In this document: positions 33,052 through 46,334 of the stretch, one piece after another
Layout: every line of letters starts with the position of its first letter
How positions within the stretch are numbered: position 1 is the stretch's first letter
NCBI RefSeq assembly: GCF_009914755.1
Contig: NC_060932.1
DNA: 64,000 nucleotides
DNA from: the human T2T-CHM13v2.0 reference genome, Homo sapiens
Direction: 5' to 3' (one strand)
The notes under the pieces: model-generated
Told to the model about the DNA's origin: nothing
What the model saw: only the letters and a program-made list of their open reading frames with translations
The model's database searches: none
Made by a program: the position numbers and the translations under genes

Positions 33052-33720
33052 TGAATAGTGCCACAATAAACATACATGTGCATGTGTCTTTATAGCAGCA
33101 TGATTTATAATCCTTTGGGTATATACCCAGTAATGGGATGGCTGGGTCAAATGGTATTTCTAGTTCTAGATCCTTGAGGAATTGCCACAATGTCTTCCAC
33201 AATGGTTGAACTAGTTTACAGTCCCACCAACAGTGTGAAAGTGTTCCTATTTCTCCACATCCTCTCCAGCACCATTCACAATAGCAAAGACTTGGAACCA
33301 ATCCAAATGTCCATCAATGATAGACTGGATTAAGAAAATGTGGCACATATACACCATGGAATACTATGCAGCCATAAAAAAAGATAAGTTCATGTCCTTT
33401 TTAGGGACATGGATGAAGCTGGAAACCATCATTCTCAGCAAACTATCGCAAGGACAAAAAACCAAACACCACATGTTCTCACTCATAGGTGGGAACTGAA
33501 CAATGAGAACACTTGGACACAGGAAGGGGAACATCACACACTGGGGCCTGTCATTGGGTTGGGAGAGGGGGGAGGGATAGCAATAGGAGATACACCTAAT
33601 GTAAATGACGAGTTAATGGGTGCAGGACACCAACATGGTGCATGTATACATATGTAACAAACCTGCACGTTGTGCACATGTACCCTAGAACTTAAAGCAT
33701 AATAAAAAAATAAAAAAAAT
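33052..33720 (+). mobile_element. Short L1PA insertion with 5' inversion (twin priming)
   Basis: 33052-33273 is antisense L1 ORF2 and 33274-33720 is the sense ORF2 end, 3' UTR and A tail. Degenerate TSD aaaaaaata(g/a)agaa(t)aatgaa. Confidence 0.93.
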
Positions 33721-34169
33721 AAAGAAAATGAAATATCAAGTTTTATTGGAATAGAGGGTACATTTTTAAGAAACATATGACCCACATCTAGAATGGAGGT
33801 TAGGGTTATTTTACAGGTTGCCAGAGAGGTGGTCGTCAAAAGATTTGCATTGAATTTAGTAGATAAAATGTGAAGATATTTGGGCAGATGACCGTAACAC
33901 AAGGACATAATGAGAGCTGTACTTTCAGAAGTTTAAACTGATGGTTTAGAGTTTAAAATGAAAGTGTCTAGTGATGTGAACATCAGGTTGTTTAGACAGA
34001 AATAACAAGTTCTGAATTAGGGTTAGGATCATGGGAATAAGAAAAGAAAAATCTACTGGAAAATATTGGCTATTATCAGTATTGTCTGCAGAATAATTAA
34101 AGGTGTAGAAAAATAAAATAAATTTGACAATAGAACTAACCTTTTCTTCAGCACGTATATATCGGGCAT

Positions 34170-34350
34170 AGATAGTGCTGGGCACTTAACATATTAATCT
34201 CCTTTAATCCTTCCAAGATAGGTCAAGATAAACTATATTTTCAGATGGATAAGCAACAATCCCAAAGCTACATGGCTCATCAGTAGAGGAACTAGAATTT
34301 GAGCCCAAGCATATCTGACTTGAGAGTCCAAACTGTTTTCACCATGCCAA
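34170..34350 (-). mobile_element. MIR SINE
   Basis: 'attaatctcctttaatcctt...attttcagatgga...ctagaatttgagcccaagcatatctgact'. Confidence 0.7.
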
Positions 34351-34557
34351 TTTAGTTAAACTGTGAAAAGGCTATTAATGGCTAGTTCTAAAGTAAGAAT
34401 GACAGCATGCCTGCTTAGATTTTCTTCCAGCATTGAATAAATGTTGAGTCCTAGCAAAAAATTAGACTCTAGCTATTTCAATAATAAATGAAATAAATAC
34501 AATAAATAAAAATCAATATTTGGATAATATTCTACATTAAAATGAGTTTTTGTTTCA

Positions 34558-35115
<558 letters not shown>

Positions 35116-35985
35116 TTATAAAAGAATGTAGAATGTGGTATGGGACTTAAAACTGGATTTTATTGTGAATTTGTAAGCAGTTCTTCCACATGCTTCTTGA
35201 ATTATGTACTGAACTAAATTATTGACAACAGTATGAGGGTAGACCTTTTCATACTGGCAAGATTCAGAAAGTTTACCTTCCACAAATATTTTCCTAAGAC
35301 AATAGAAACAAAAAAAGCCATAAGATTCAGGAAACTGACCCAGAAGAGCTATGGGAAAAAGTCTGGTGGTCAAAAAGACTGGAGAAAGACTAAGCAGCCT
35401 CTAGTCCAAGTTACAACAGAAAGATGGAGAACTCTGGCAGGGAGGTGTCTAAGACTTACAGGGATTTCAATATTGTAACAGATAGGAGGAGAGTCTTTTA
35501 TTTTTTTAAGGTTCTAATAATGACAGGTAGTGTTCAATGGCATTTTTTTACAGAAAAATGAAAAAGAAGACCACGTAACCCACAGTAAAATAATATGATT
35601 AACATAGATGAAGACAAGTGATTATTGTAGAAAGCTGAGCTGTTGGGTGAAGTTGGGCAGATTAAGTCTAGACAGATATGGATGAGAAACAAGAAAACTT
35701 CTGAATAAAATTTAAAGTGTTTGATTTAGAAATTATACAATCATGGCAGAGCAAAGTCAAGATGTTTATGTCAAGACATCTTTTTAGATAGTGACCATTT
35801 TGGAAAGAGGGAAGTTGGGTTTGTGTGTGCAACTACTGGGTACATTTAGACAAACAGAAATATTTTATTAGAGTGTGTAATTGCCATGTTTTATCAAATA
35901 TAACTTAAAGATGCGTAATGGTGACTTCTGCCATACATCTGTACCAATCTAAATAGAATAGAGACTTTAATAGTTAAGAAGATTA

Positions 35986-36349
<364 letters not shown>

Positions 36350-36455
36350 TTAAGAAAACATCAGAAAACAGTACAGTATTTGAATTAAGGGATTAACTTG
36401 AACAAAAATTCCTACACAAATCCTAGTACACCCAGGAAAAGCTGTAAAATACAAC

Positions 36456-36643
36456 AGCCAGACTGACTTGTTCTTCTTTAGAGTTTAGTTAGTGCAACCC
36501 AACTCATATGTTGAAAAAAATTGTAGGGGAGGTATAATTTTTTCTCTATAGCCAGACTGACTTGTTCTTCTTGAGAATTTAGTTAGTGCAACCCAATTCA
36601 TATGTTGAAAAGAAATTGTAGGGGAGGTATAATTTTTTCTCTA
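36456..36643. repeat. 94-bp tandem duplication
   Basis: 36456-36549 versus 36550-36643: about 3 substitutions and 1 indel. Confidence 0.95.
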
Positions 36644-36929
36644 CCCTCTTAGGGTCTCTGGCTGGGTCTAAGTATGAAACTGACATAAGGCAGATTAATA
36701 GGAGAAAAACATACATATTTTATTTTGTAAGTTTTACTTGTATATGGGAGCTTTCACAAGAACAATGACCCATAGGAGCAGTTAGGACCAAAAGGTTGTA
36801 TACCAGGCTGGACAAGGGGTAGTGAATTTATGAAAAAATGACAAGACAAAGGGGTTTGGGCTAAATCAGTTAACTGTGGAAAAGTGACTAGAAAGATAAG
36901 GGCTATGTGGTAGGCCATTTGTTCTTGCA
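36617..36929 (-). mobile_element. Truncated ERV1-class solo LTR (MER34-like)
   Basis: Begins tgtagggg (antisense of a ...CA LTR end). 'actgacataaggcagattaataggagaaaaacataca..ttttatt' is an antisense U5/polyA pattern. Family assignment is tentative. Confidence 0.6.
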
Positions 36930-37748
36930 TTGCGAGACAGAACCGTTCACTCCCCTGGAAAGGGGTGCTGAAGCCAAGGAGCCAAATGGTTTGGCTTGGC
37001 AGGTCCCACCTCAATGGAGCCTAGAAAATTAACATCCACTGGCTTGAAATTCTCGCTGCCAGCACAGTAGCAGTCTGAGATTGACCTGAGACACTCGAGC
37101 TTGGTGGGGAGAGGGGCGTCCACTATTGCTGAGGCTTGAGTATGTGGTTTTACGCTCACAGTGTAAACAAATCATCCAGGAAGTTCGAACTGGGTGTAGC
37201 CCACTGCAACTTAGCAAGGCTGCTGTGGTCAGACTGCCAGATTTCCCTTCTGTGGGCAGGGCATCTCTGAAAAAAAGGCAGCAGCCCCAGTCAGGGACTT
37301 ATAGATAAAACCACCATCTCCCTGGGAGAGAGCACCTGGGGAAAGGAGCAGCTGTGGGCACAGCTTCAGAAGACTTAACTGTCCCTGCCTGACAGCTCTG
37401 AAGAAAGCAGTGGACCTCTCAGCACAGCTTTCGAGCTCTGTTAAGGGTCAGACTGCCTCCTCAAGTGGCTCATACAGAAGACCCCTGGCTGGCATCTGGC
37501 AGGTGCCCCTCTGAGGCAAAGTTTCCAGAGGACAGATCAGACAGCAATCTTTGCTGTTCTGCAGCCTCTGCTGGTGATATCCAGGCAAACAGGGTTGGGA
37601 GACCTCCAGCAAACTCCAGCACATCTGGAGCAGAGGGGCTTGACTGTCAGAAGGAAAACTAACAGACAGAAAGGAATAGCATGTCCACTCAAAGACACCA
37701 TCTGAAGGTCACCAACATCAAAGACCAAAGGTAGATAAATTCACAAAG

Positions 37749-38770
37749 ATGGGAAGAAACCAGTGCAAAAAGGCTGAAAATTCCAAAAACCAGAATGCCT
37801 CTTCTCCTCCAAAGGATCACAACTCCTTGCCAGCAAAGGAACAAAAATGGACAGAGAATGAGTTTGACGAATTGACAGAAGTAGTCTTCAGAAGGTGTAT
37901 AATAACAAACTCCTCTGAGCTAAAGGAGCGTGTTCTAACCCAGTGCAAGGAAGCTAAGAACGGTGAACAAAGGTTAGACAAATTGCTAACTAGAACAACC
38001 AGTTTAGAGAAGAACATAAACGATCTCATGGAGCTGAAAAACAGCACGAGAACTTCATGAAGCATATGCAAGTTTCAATAGCCAAATCAATCAACTGGAA
38101 GAAAGGATACCAGTGATTGAAGGTCAACTTAATAAAATAGAGAGAGAAGACAAGATTAGAGAAAAAAGAATAAAAAGCAACCAACAAAGCCTCCAAGAAA
38201 TATGGGGTCTTGCGTAAAGACCAAATCTACGTTTGATTGGTGTACCTGAAAGTGATGAGGAGAATGGAACCAAGCTGGAAAACACTCTTCAGGATATTAT
38301 CCAGGAGAACTTCCGCAACATAGCAAGACAGGCCAAACTTCAAATTCAGGAAATAAAGAGAACACCACAAAGATACTCCTCGACAAGAGCAATCATCAGA
38401 TTCACCAAGGTTGAAATGAAGGAAAAAATATTAAGGGCAGACAGAGAGAAAGGTCAGGTTACCCACAAAGGGAAGCCCATCAGACTAATAGCAGATCTTT
38501 CTGCAGAAGCCCTACAGGCCAGAAGAGAATGGGGGCCAACATTCTCTCAATATTCAACATTCTTAAAGAAAAGAATTTTCAACCCAGAGTTTCATATTCA
38601 GCCAAACTAAGCTTCATAAGTGAAGGAGAAATAAAATCCTTTACAGACAAGCAAATGCTGAGAGATTTTGTCACCACCAGGCCTGCCTTACAAGAGCTCC
38701 TGAAGGAAGCACTAAACGTGAAAAGGAAAACCGGTATGAGCCACTGCAAAAACATGCCAAACTGTAAAGA
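37749..38770 (+). pseudogene. Disrupted L1 ORF1p
   Basis: Fragments MGRNQCKKAENSKNQNASSPPKDHNS, IGVPESDEENGTKLENTLQDIIQENF and KLSFISEGEIKSFTDKQMLRDFVTTRPALQELLKEAL lie in different frames. Confidence 0.92.
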
Positions 38771-38835
38771 AAAGACCATTGACACTGTGAAGAAACTGCA
38801 TCGACTAATGGGCAAAATAACCAGCTAATGTCATA

Positions 38836-40392
38836 ATGACAGGATCAAATTCACACATAACAATATTAACCTTAAATGTAAGTGGGCTAAATGCCCCAAT
38901 TAAAAGACACAGACTGGCAAATTGGATAAAGAGTCAAGACCCATCAGTGTGCTGTATTCAGGAGACCCATCTCATGTGCAAAGACATACAAAGGCTCAAA
39001 ATAAAGGGATGGAAGAATCTTTACCAAGCAAATGGAAAGCAAAAAAAAAAACAGTAGTTGCAATCCTAGTCTCTGATAAAACAGACTTTGAACCAACAAA
39101 GATCAAAAGAGACAAAGAAGGATATTACATAATGGTAAAGGGATCAATGTATCAAGAAGAGTTAACTACCCTAAATATATATGTACCCGATACAGGAGGA
39201 CCCAGATTATTAAAGCAAGTTCTTAGAGACCCACAGAGATTCAGACTCCCACACAATAATAGTGGGAGACTTTAACACCCCACTGTCAATATTACACAGA
39301 TCAACAAGACAGAAAATTAACAAGTATATTCAGGAGTTGAACTCAGCTCTGAACCAAGCAAACCTAATAGACATCTACAGAGCTCTCCAACCCAAATCAA
39401 CAGAATATACATTCTTCTCAGCACCTCATCGCACTTATTCTAAAACTGACAACATAATTGGAAGTAAAACACTCCTCAGCAAATGCAAAAGAATGGAAAT
39501 CATAACAGTCTCTCAGACTACAGTGCAATCAAACAGGATTTCAGGATTAAGACACTCACTCAAAGCTGCACAACTACATGGAAACTGAACAACCTGCTCC
39601 TAGATGGCTACTGGGTAAATAATGAAATGAAGACAGAAATAAAGATGTTCTTTGAAACCCATGAGAATGAAGACACAGCATACCAGAAACTCTGGGACAC
39701 ATTTAAAGCAGTGTGTAGAGGGAAATTTATAGCACTAAATGCCCACAAGAGAAAGCAGGAAAGATCAAAAATTGACACCCTAACATCACAATTAAAAGAA
39801 CTAGAGAAGCAAGAGCAAATTCAGAAGCTAGCAGAAGACAATAAATAAGATCAGAGCAGAGCTGAAGAAGATAGAGACATGAAAAACCCTTCAAAAACTC
39901 AACGAATACAGGAGCTGGTTTTTTGGAAAGATCAACAAAATAGATAGACCACTAGCCAGACTTATAAAGAAGAAAAGAGAAAAGAATCAAATGGATGCAA
40001 TAAAAAATGACATAGGGAATATCACCACTGATCCCATAGAAATACAAACTACCATCAGAAAATACTATAAACACCTCTATGCAAATAAACTAGAAAATCT
40101 AGAAGAAATGGGTAAATTCCTGGACACATACACCCTCCTAAGTCTAAACCATGAAGAAGTTAAATCACTGAATAAAATAATAACAAGTTCTGAAATTGAA
40201 GCAGTAATTAATAGTCTACCAACCAAAAAATGTCTAGGACCAGACAGATTCACAGCCGAATTCTGCCAGAGGTACAAAGAGGAGGTGGTACCATTCCTTC
40301 TGAAACTATTCCAAACAATAGAAAAAGAGGGAATCCTCCCTAACTCATTTTATGAGGCCAGCATCATCCTGATACCAAAACCTGGCAGAGAT

Positions 40393-40429
<37 letters not shown>

Positions 40430-42790
40430 AATTTCAGGCCAATATCCCTAACGAACACTGATGCAAAAATCCTCAATAAAATACTGGCAAACCGAATCCA
40501 GCAGCACATTACAAAGCTTATCCACCATGATCAAGTTGGCTTCATCCCTGGGATACAAGGCTGGTTCGATATATGCAAATCAATAAATGTAATCTGTCAC
40601 ATGAACAGAACCAATCACAAAAACCTCATGATTATCTCAATAGATGCAGAAAAGGCCTTCACCAAAATTCAACAGCCCTTCATGCTAAAAACTCTCGATA
40701 AAGTGGGTATCAATGGAACATATCTCAAAATAATAAGAGCTATTTATGACAAACCCACAGCCAATATCATACTGGATGGGCAAAAACTGGAAGCATTCCC
40801 TTTGAAAACTGGCATAAGACAAGGATGACCTCTCTCATCACTCCTATTCAACATAGTATTGGAAGTTCTGGCCAGGGCAATCAGGCAAGAGAAAGAAATA
40901 AACCATATTTAAATAGGAAAAGAAGAATTCAAATTGTCTCTGTTTGCAGATGACATGATTGTATATTTAGAAAAACCCCATCGTCTCAGCCCAGAAACTC
41001 GTTAATCTGATAAGCAACTTCAGCAAAGTCTCAGGATACAATATCAATGTGCAAAAATCACAAGCATTCCTATACATCAATAATAGACAAACAGAGAGCA
41101 AAATCATGAGTGAACTCTCATTCACAATTGCTGCTAAGAGAATAAAATACCTAGGAGTCCAATTTACAAGGGAAGTGAAGGACCTCTTCAAGGAGAACTA
41201 CAAACCACTGCTCAAGGAAATAAGAGAGGACACAGACAAATGGAGAAACATTCCATGCTCATGGATAGGAAGAATCAATATTGCGAAAATGGCCATACTG
41301 CCCAAAGTAATTTAAGATTCAATGCTATCCCCATCAAGCTACCACTGACTTTCTTTGGAGAGTTGGAAAAAACTACTTTAAATTTCATATGGAACCAAAA
41401 AAAAGAACACATAGCCAAGACAATTCTGGGCAAGAAGAACAAAGCTGGAGGCATCATGCTACCTGACTTCAAACTATGCTACAAGGCTACAGTAACCAAA
41501 ACAGCATGGTACTGGTACCAAAAGAGAGATCTAGACCGATGGAACAGAACAGAGGCCTCAGAAATAACATTACACATGTACAACCATCTGATGTTTGACA
41601 AACCTGACAAAAACAAGCAATGGGAAAAGATTCCCTATTTAATAAATGTTGTTGGGTAAAGTGACTAGCCATATGCAGAAAGCTGAAACTGGACCCCTTC
41701 CTTAAACCTTATACAAAAATCAACTCAAGATGGATCAGAGCCTTATATGTAAGACCTAGGACCATAAAAATTATAGAAGAAAACCTGGGCAATACCATTC
41801 AGGACATAGGCATGCATAAAGACTTTATGATTAAAACACCAAAAGCAATGGCAACAAAAGCCAGAATTGACAAATGGGATCTAATTAAACTAAAGAGCTT
41901 CTTCTGCACAGCAAAAGAAACTATCATCAGAGTGAACAGGCAACCTACAGAACGGGTGAAAATTTTTGCAATCTATCCATCTGACAAAGGGCTAATATCC
42001 AGAATCTATAAAGAACTTAAACAAATTTACAAGAAAAAACAACCCCATCAAAAAGTGGGCAAAGCATATGAACAGACATTTCTCAAAAGAAGACATTTAG
42101 GCAGCCAACAGACATATGAAAAAATGCTCACCTCACTTGTCATTAGAGAAATGCAAATCAAAGCCACGATGAGATACCGTCTCACAGTCAGTTAGAATCA
42201 TGATAATTAAAAAGTCAGGAAACAACAGATGCTGGAGAGGATGTGGAGAAATAGGAACGCTTTTACACTGTTGGTGGGAGTGTAAATTAGTTCAACCATT
42301 GTGGAAGACAGTGTGGCAATTCCTCAAGGATCTAGAACTAGAAATACCATTTGACCCAGCAATCCCTTTACTGGGTATATACCCAAAGGATTATAAATCA
42401 TGCTGCTATAAAGACACATGCACATGTATGTTTATTATTCACACTATTCACAATAGCAAAGACCTGGAACCAACCCAAATGTCCAACAATGATAGACTGG
42501 ATTAAGAAAATGTGGCACATTTCTACTATAAAGACACATGTACATGTATGTTTATTGTGGCACTATTCACAATAGCAAAGACTTGGAACCAACCCAAATG
42601 CCCATCAATGATAGACTGGATAAAGAAAATGTGGCACATGTAAACCATGGAATATTGTGCAGCCATATAAAAGGATGAGTTCATGTCCTTTGAAGGGACA
42701 TGGATGAAGTTGGAAACCATCATTCTCAGCAAACTATCACAAGAACAGAAAACCCAACATCGCATGTTCTCACTCATAAGTAGGAGTCGA
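38836..42790 (+). pseudogene. Disrupted L1 ORF2p (endonuclease / reverse transcriptase)
   Basis: MTGSNSHITILTLNVSGLN start, GDFNTPLS, FADD codons at 40943-40954 and [25 protein letters not shown]; broken into many ORFs. Confidence 0.93.
40393..40428. repeat. (CAA)n microsatellite inside L1 ORF2
   Basis: About 12 units, giving the poly-Thr run in ORF 39991-40461. Confidence 0.95.
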
Positions 42791-43005
42791 ACAATGAGAA
42801 CACATGGACATAGGGAGGAGAACATCACACTGGGGTCTGTCAGGGGGTGAGGGGCTAGGGGAGGGATAGCATTAGGAGAAATACCTAATGTAAGTGATGC
42901 ATTGATGGGTGCAGCAAACCACCATGGCACGTGTATACCTATGTAACAAAACTGCATATTCTGCACATGTACCCCAGAACTTAAAGTATAATTTTTTTAA
43001 AAAAG

Positions 43006-43402
43006 ATATGACCTTCTGACCTTTTCTATTGTTTTCTTGGGTTACAATCTTTGATGAAGCAAGCTGTCATGTTAAAAACACCTGTGTGGCAAGAAGCTGA
43101 TTGTAGCCCCTGGCCAACTGCCAGTGAAGAACAGAGGTCTTCAGTCCAACGGCCCATGAGGGGACTGAATCCTGCCAACATATGTGTGAATGAGCTTGGA
43201 AGCCAATCTTTCTCACTTGAGCCTTCAGATGAGACCATGGTTCCAGCGTTGATTGCAGTCAAGGGAAAGACCCTGAGATAGACAACCCATATAAAGCATG
43301 CCCATATTTCTGACCCTCAAAAACAATGAGACAATAAACATACGTTGTTTTAAGCTTCTAACTTTGGAAGTGACATGTTATAAGGCAAAATATTACTAAT
43401 GA
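43006..43402 (+). mobile_element. MaLR LTR (MLT1E-like), 5' part missing
   Basis: 'gatgaagcaagctgtcatg', 'actgaatcctgccaaca', 'gagccttcagatgagacc' and 'aataaa...gttgttttaagc'. Confidence 0.85.
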
Positions 43403-43818
43403 AGTATCTATTTAAATCGTACGTTAAAATTGTAGAAAGATTGGTCTGTTTCTGTAATACTGTTTGCAAATACAGTATAAACTTGTAGATTTGATCTTTC
43501 TTGGACCTAAAACCCTTTAATATATTCCATTTTTGCCGATTCTTCAAAAAGAGTCTCCATTCATTCTCTCCAAACCTTGAATTTGCCCTTTGTTTAGATA
43601 TATTCTTGCCAAAGAAATATTTACTCTTTTCAAATTCAGGAAGTAACTCCAAGTTGTTTGGCACTAATTAGTGTATTATTTCCTGAAATAAGGGGCTTTA
43701 TGTTTAAATATAATTTTATATCAGAGTAACGGTGTGGCGCTGAGAACTATATGATAGATATCACAAAAAAGTTGGTAAAATAAACATCCTATAGGCAAAT
43801 CAAAGCCATATGTTACTA

Positions 43819-43820
<2 letters not shown>

Positions 43821-43859
<39 letters not shown>
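43821..43859. repeat. (GT)n microsatellite
   Basis: About 19 perfect GT units. Confidence 0.97.
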
Positions 43860-43860
<1 letters not shown>

Positions 43861-45555
43861 TTTAGTTTTTTATTTATTTTTTCTCTTAGTGTTTATGTCT
43901 GAAGGTTAGAAAGGAAAAGTTGGAGTGAAAGAGGGTAATCTGCTTCATTTATAATAAGGCTGAGACACATAGATTAAGTTTCACTTACAAAGAAAAAATA
44001 ATTGGAAAGTAAGGATCTAATTCTAAAATTCTTCCCCTGCTTCTTATTTTCTAAGACAGCATATTGCACTCTGTATATACCAACTGTTTTTTTAAAATCA
44101 TGTGGAAAATAATAGTCTTTCTCTTCTAGAATTTTGCTGTAGTGAAACTCAGCTTCATGATTTCCCCCTCTACTAAACAAAGGCATCTGTGGCACTATTG
44201 GGCCCTTTCCAGTGTCAACCTTACAGTCTTTATGATGTTGACACTTCTTCCTGAAACTTGGAGAACATTCTACCCAGAAATATATTTCGTTAGGAAGCAC
44301 ATTTCTGGCTGTGTTCTTTAAGTCGAGAAAATTGTAGTCTACACAGTCTTCATTCCACAAGACTCTTGGTGTCTAAAAGCAAGAAGAGTTCATGTAGAGG
44401 AGCTAAGTGTTTTTCACCCTCACATTAAAATCTCAAAGTTTCTTTTAGAAAGTGCTCTGGATATCAGTTCTTCAAAATCTTATATGCCTGATATATTTAA
44501 AATTTTCCCTTTATACATCCCAAGGTTAAAGAGTAAGAGGAATTTTTAATGTGCAATGTGTTACCTGTATGTACTATAGTAAGTATACTTGTTTTTTTCT
44601 GAAAAGCATTGCTTTTGAAATTGCCAGTATGAAATGTAAAAGAAACCACAGTTTCTGTGCGTGTGTACTTCTAAAAGCAGAATAAGAATTGGGGAATGTC
44701 TCTTTTTCTCACCCCAGTACATTGGGACCATCATAACCAACAGGAGCCTGGTTACAGAAGGGAAAACATACATGCTGTCACTAAGAATGAAGGCCCCTCT
44801 GTAATAGAATGAATATGCAAATCTGATTTCTAGAGGAAGGTATTCATGGTTAAGCAATGACACTTAATTATGGAGGGCATAGTTCTAGACAAACAAGTAT
44901 ATATGGTAATAGACATATCTTTGTTGTTCAGCCTCAATAAATATGCTTTAGAAGTCAATTGGCACCTAATTAACAAATAATTAGAGCCTCAAAGAATATA
45001 AATTTACATTTAGTTGCATTAGTTAACTCAGTGCCTTTAATGTTTTGCTTTTAGTAGCCTTTTACATAGGAATTTTACTACAGTTATTTCTCTTGCCAAA
45101 TGAAATGTCAGGAAGCTAAGAATTATTAGAGCATTCTAATTGAAATTTGAAAACTAATTAGAATATGTGTTTCTATTTAGGAGCTGCTGAACTACAAAAT
45201 CTGAACAAAAATAAATCACTATATTTATACTGTAACTGTCATACATTCTTAAAATTAAATTCGAACGTGAGACTTTTGATTTACAACATAACCAAAAATA
45301 TATACCAAAGCACTTTAAACTTCTTCAAAAAGTTGTGAAGATATTTTTGAAACTAAATAGAAATAAAATCTGCTTTTCCTAGGATAAACTAACAAGTAAA
45401 ATAGCAAGTAGTAGAATTTTAACAACATTATATGGAAAATATGGCAACACTGGCCAATATCAGCAGTTTCATTCACATGAATTGCATGGGATTAAACTTT
45501 TGCAAAGAAAAACTTGGCAGGCAAAGTTGTCAAACTCTTTCCAGAAATCGACTGA

Positions 45556-45561
<6 letters not shown>

Positions 45562-45601
<40 letters not shown>
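45562..45601. repeat. (AC)n microsatellite
   Basis: About 20 perfect AC units. Confidence 0.97.
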
Positions 45602-45603
<2 letters not shown>

Positions 45604-45979
45604 CCACAGTGAAGAAAATTCTGGTATCAGTGATGTATTCCTAAACCTCAAATTACAAACATTCATGAGCCAAAACACACTATTTGAGAATCTGTGACTA
45701 TTTAACTATAAATTTAAAATGTTTATATTTTTTAAAAACAATGCTTACATTTGACAACATAGAAAATTACCCCTTGGAGGTGGCTTATTTTGAAGATGCT
45801 CAACATTTGACTAAAATAGAAAAAGAGAAAAACCAACACAATATGAGACCATCCACCCTTTTACACATAAGGTCAGAAGTCATGCGGGAAAGGACTGAGC
45901 CTCTGCCTCCAAGCCACAGCCACACTCCACAGAGAATCCACAATGTACCAGTCATTTCCTCTGCTCAAGTTGTATGAAG

Positions 45980-46300
45980 CATTCATTCAATCTAGCTAAC
46001 AAATATTTATTGGATGTCTTCTCCCTTACAGGTACTATAGTGTATAACCACCCTGGAAATTCCTGAGCTTCTGGAGGCTGCATTCTAGCGGGGGTGGAGT
46101 CTGAAGTAAAACCTAGTTCACATAAACCCTTGAATTTCCAGATTGGCGTTTCATTTATTTAGTTATTCATTCACCAAGCAAATTCCTGACATTGGAGCTA
46201 CAGTGGAACTCTAGAGCTAGAGAGATAACAAGAAGTAAAAATGGATATAATTAAATAAAGGAGGTCCTTCCCTTACCCTGAAAATGGTACAATCCTAGAG
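45980..46300 (-). mobile_element. L2 3' end relics (two)
   Basis: 'cattcattcaa...aacaaatatttattg' and 'ttattcattcaccaagcaaattcctga'. Confidence 0.6.
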
Positions 46301-46334
46301 GCTGTCTATTGTTAGCTACATGGGTCAGTAAGTT

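Larger units (their letters stand above)
36930..43005 (+). mobile_element. Near-full-length inactive L1PA (about L1PA7/8), lacking the start of the 5' UTR
   Basis: Continuous 5' UTR, ORF1, ORF2 and 3' UTR with a short A-rich tail; many stops and frameshifts. Confidence 0.95.

Noticed and set aside
36930-43005. Possibly active L1
   Set aside because: The 5' UTR start is missing, and both ORFs carry multiple stops, frameshifts and insertions.
43974-44360. 128-aa ORF on the - strand in unique sequence
   Set aside because: Non-ATG start, no recognisable domain and no convincing exon structure; the length is compatible with chance in 64 kb.
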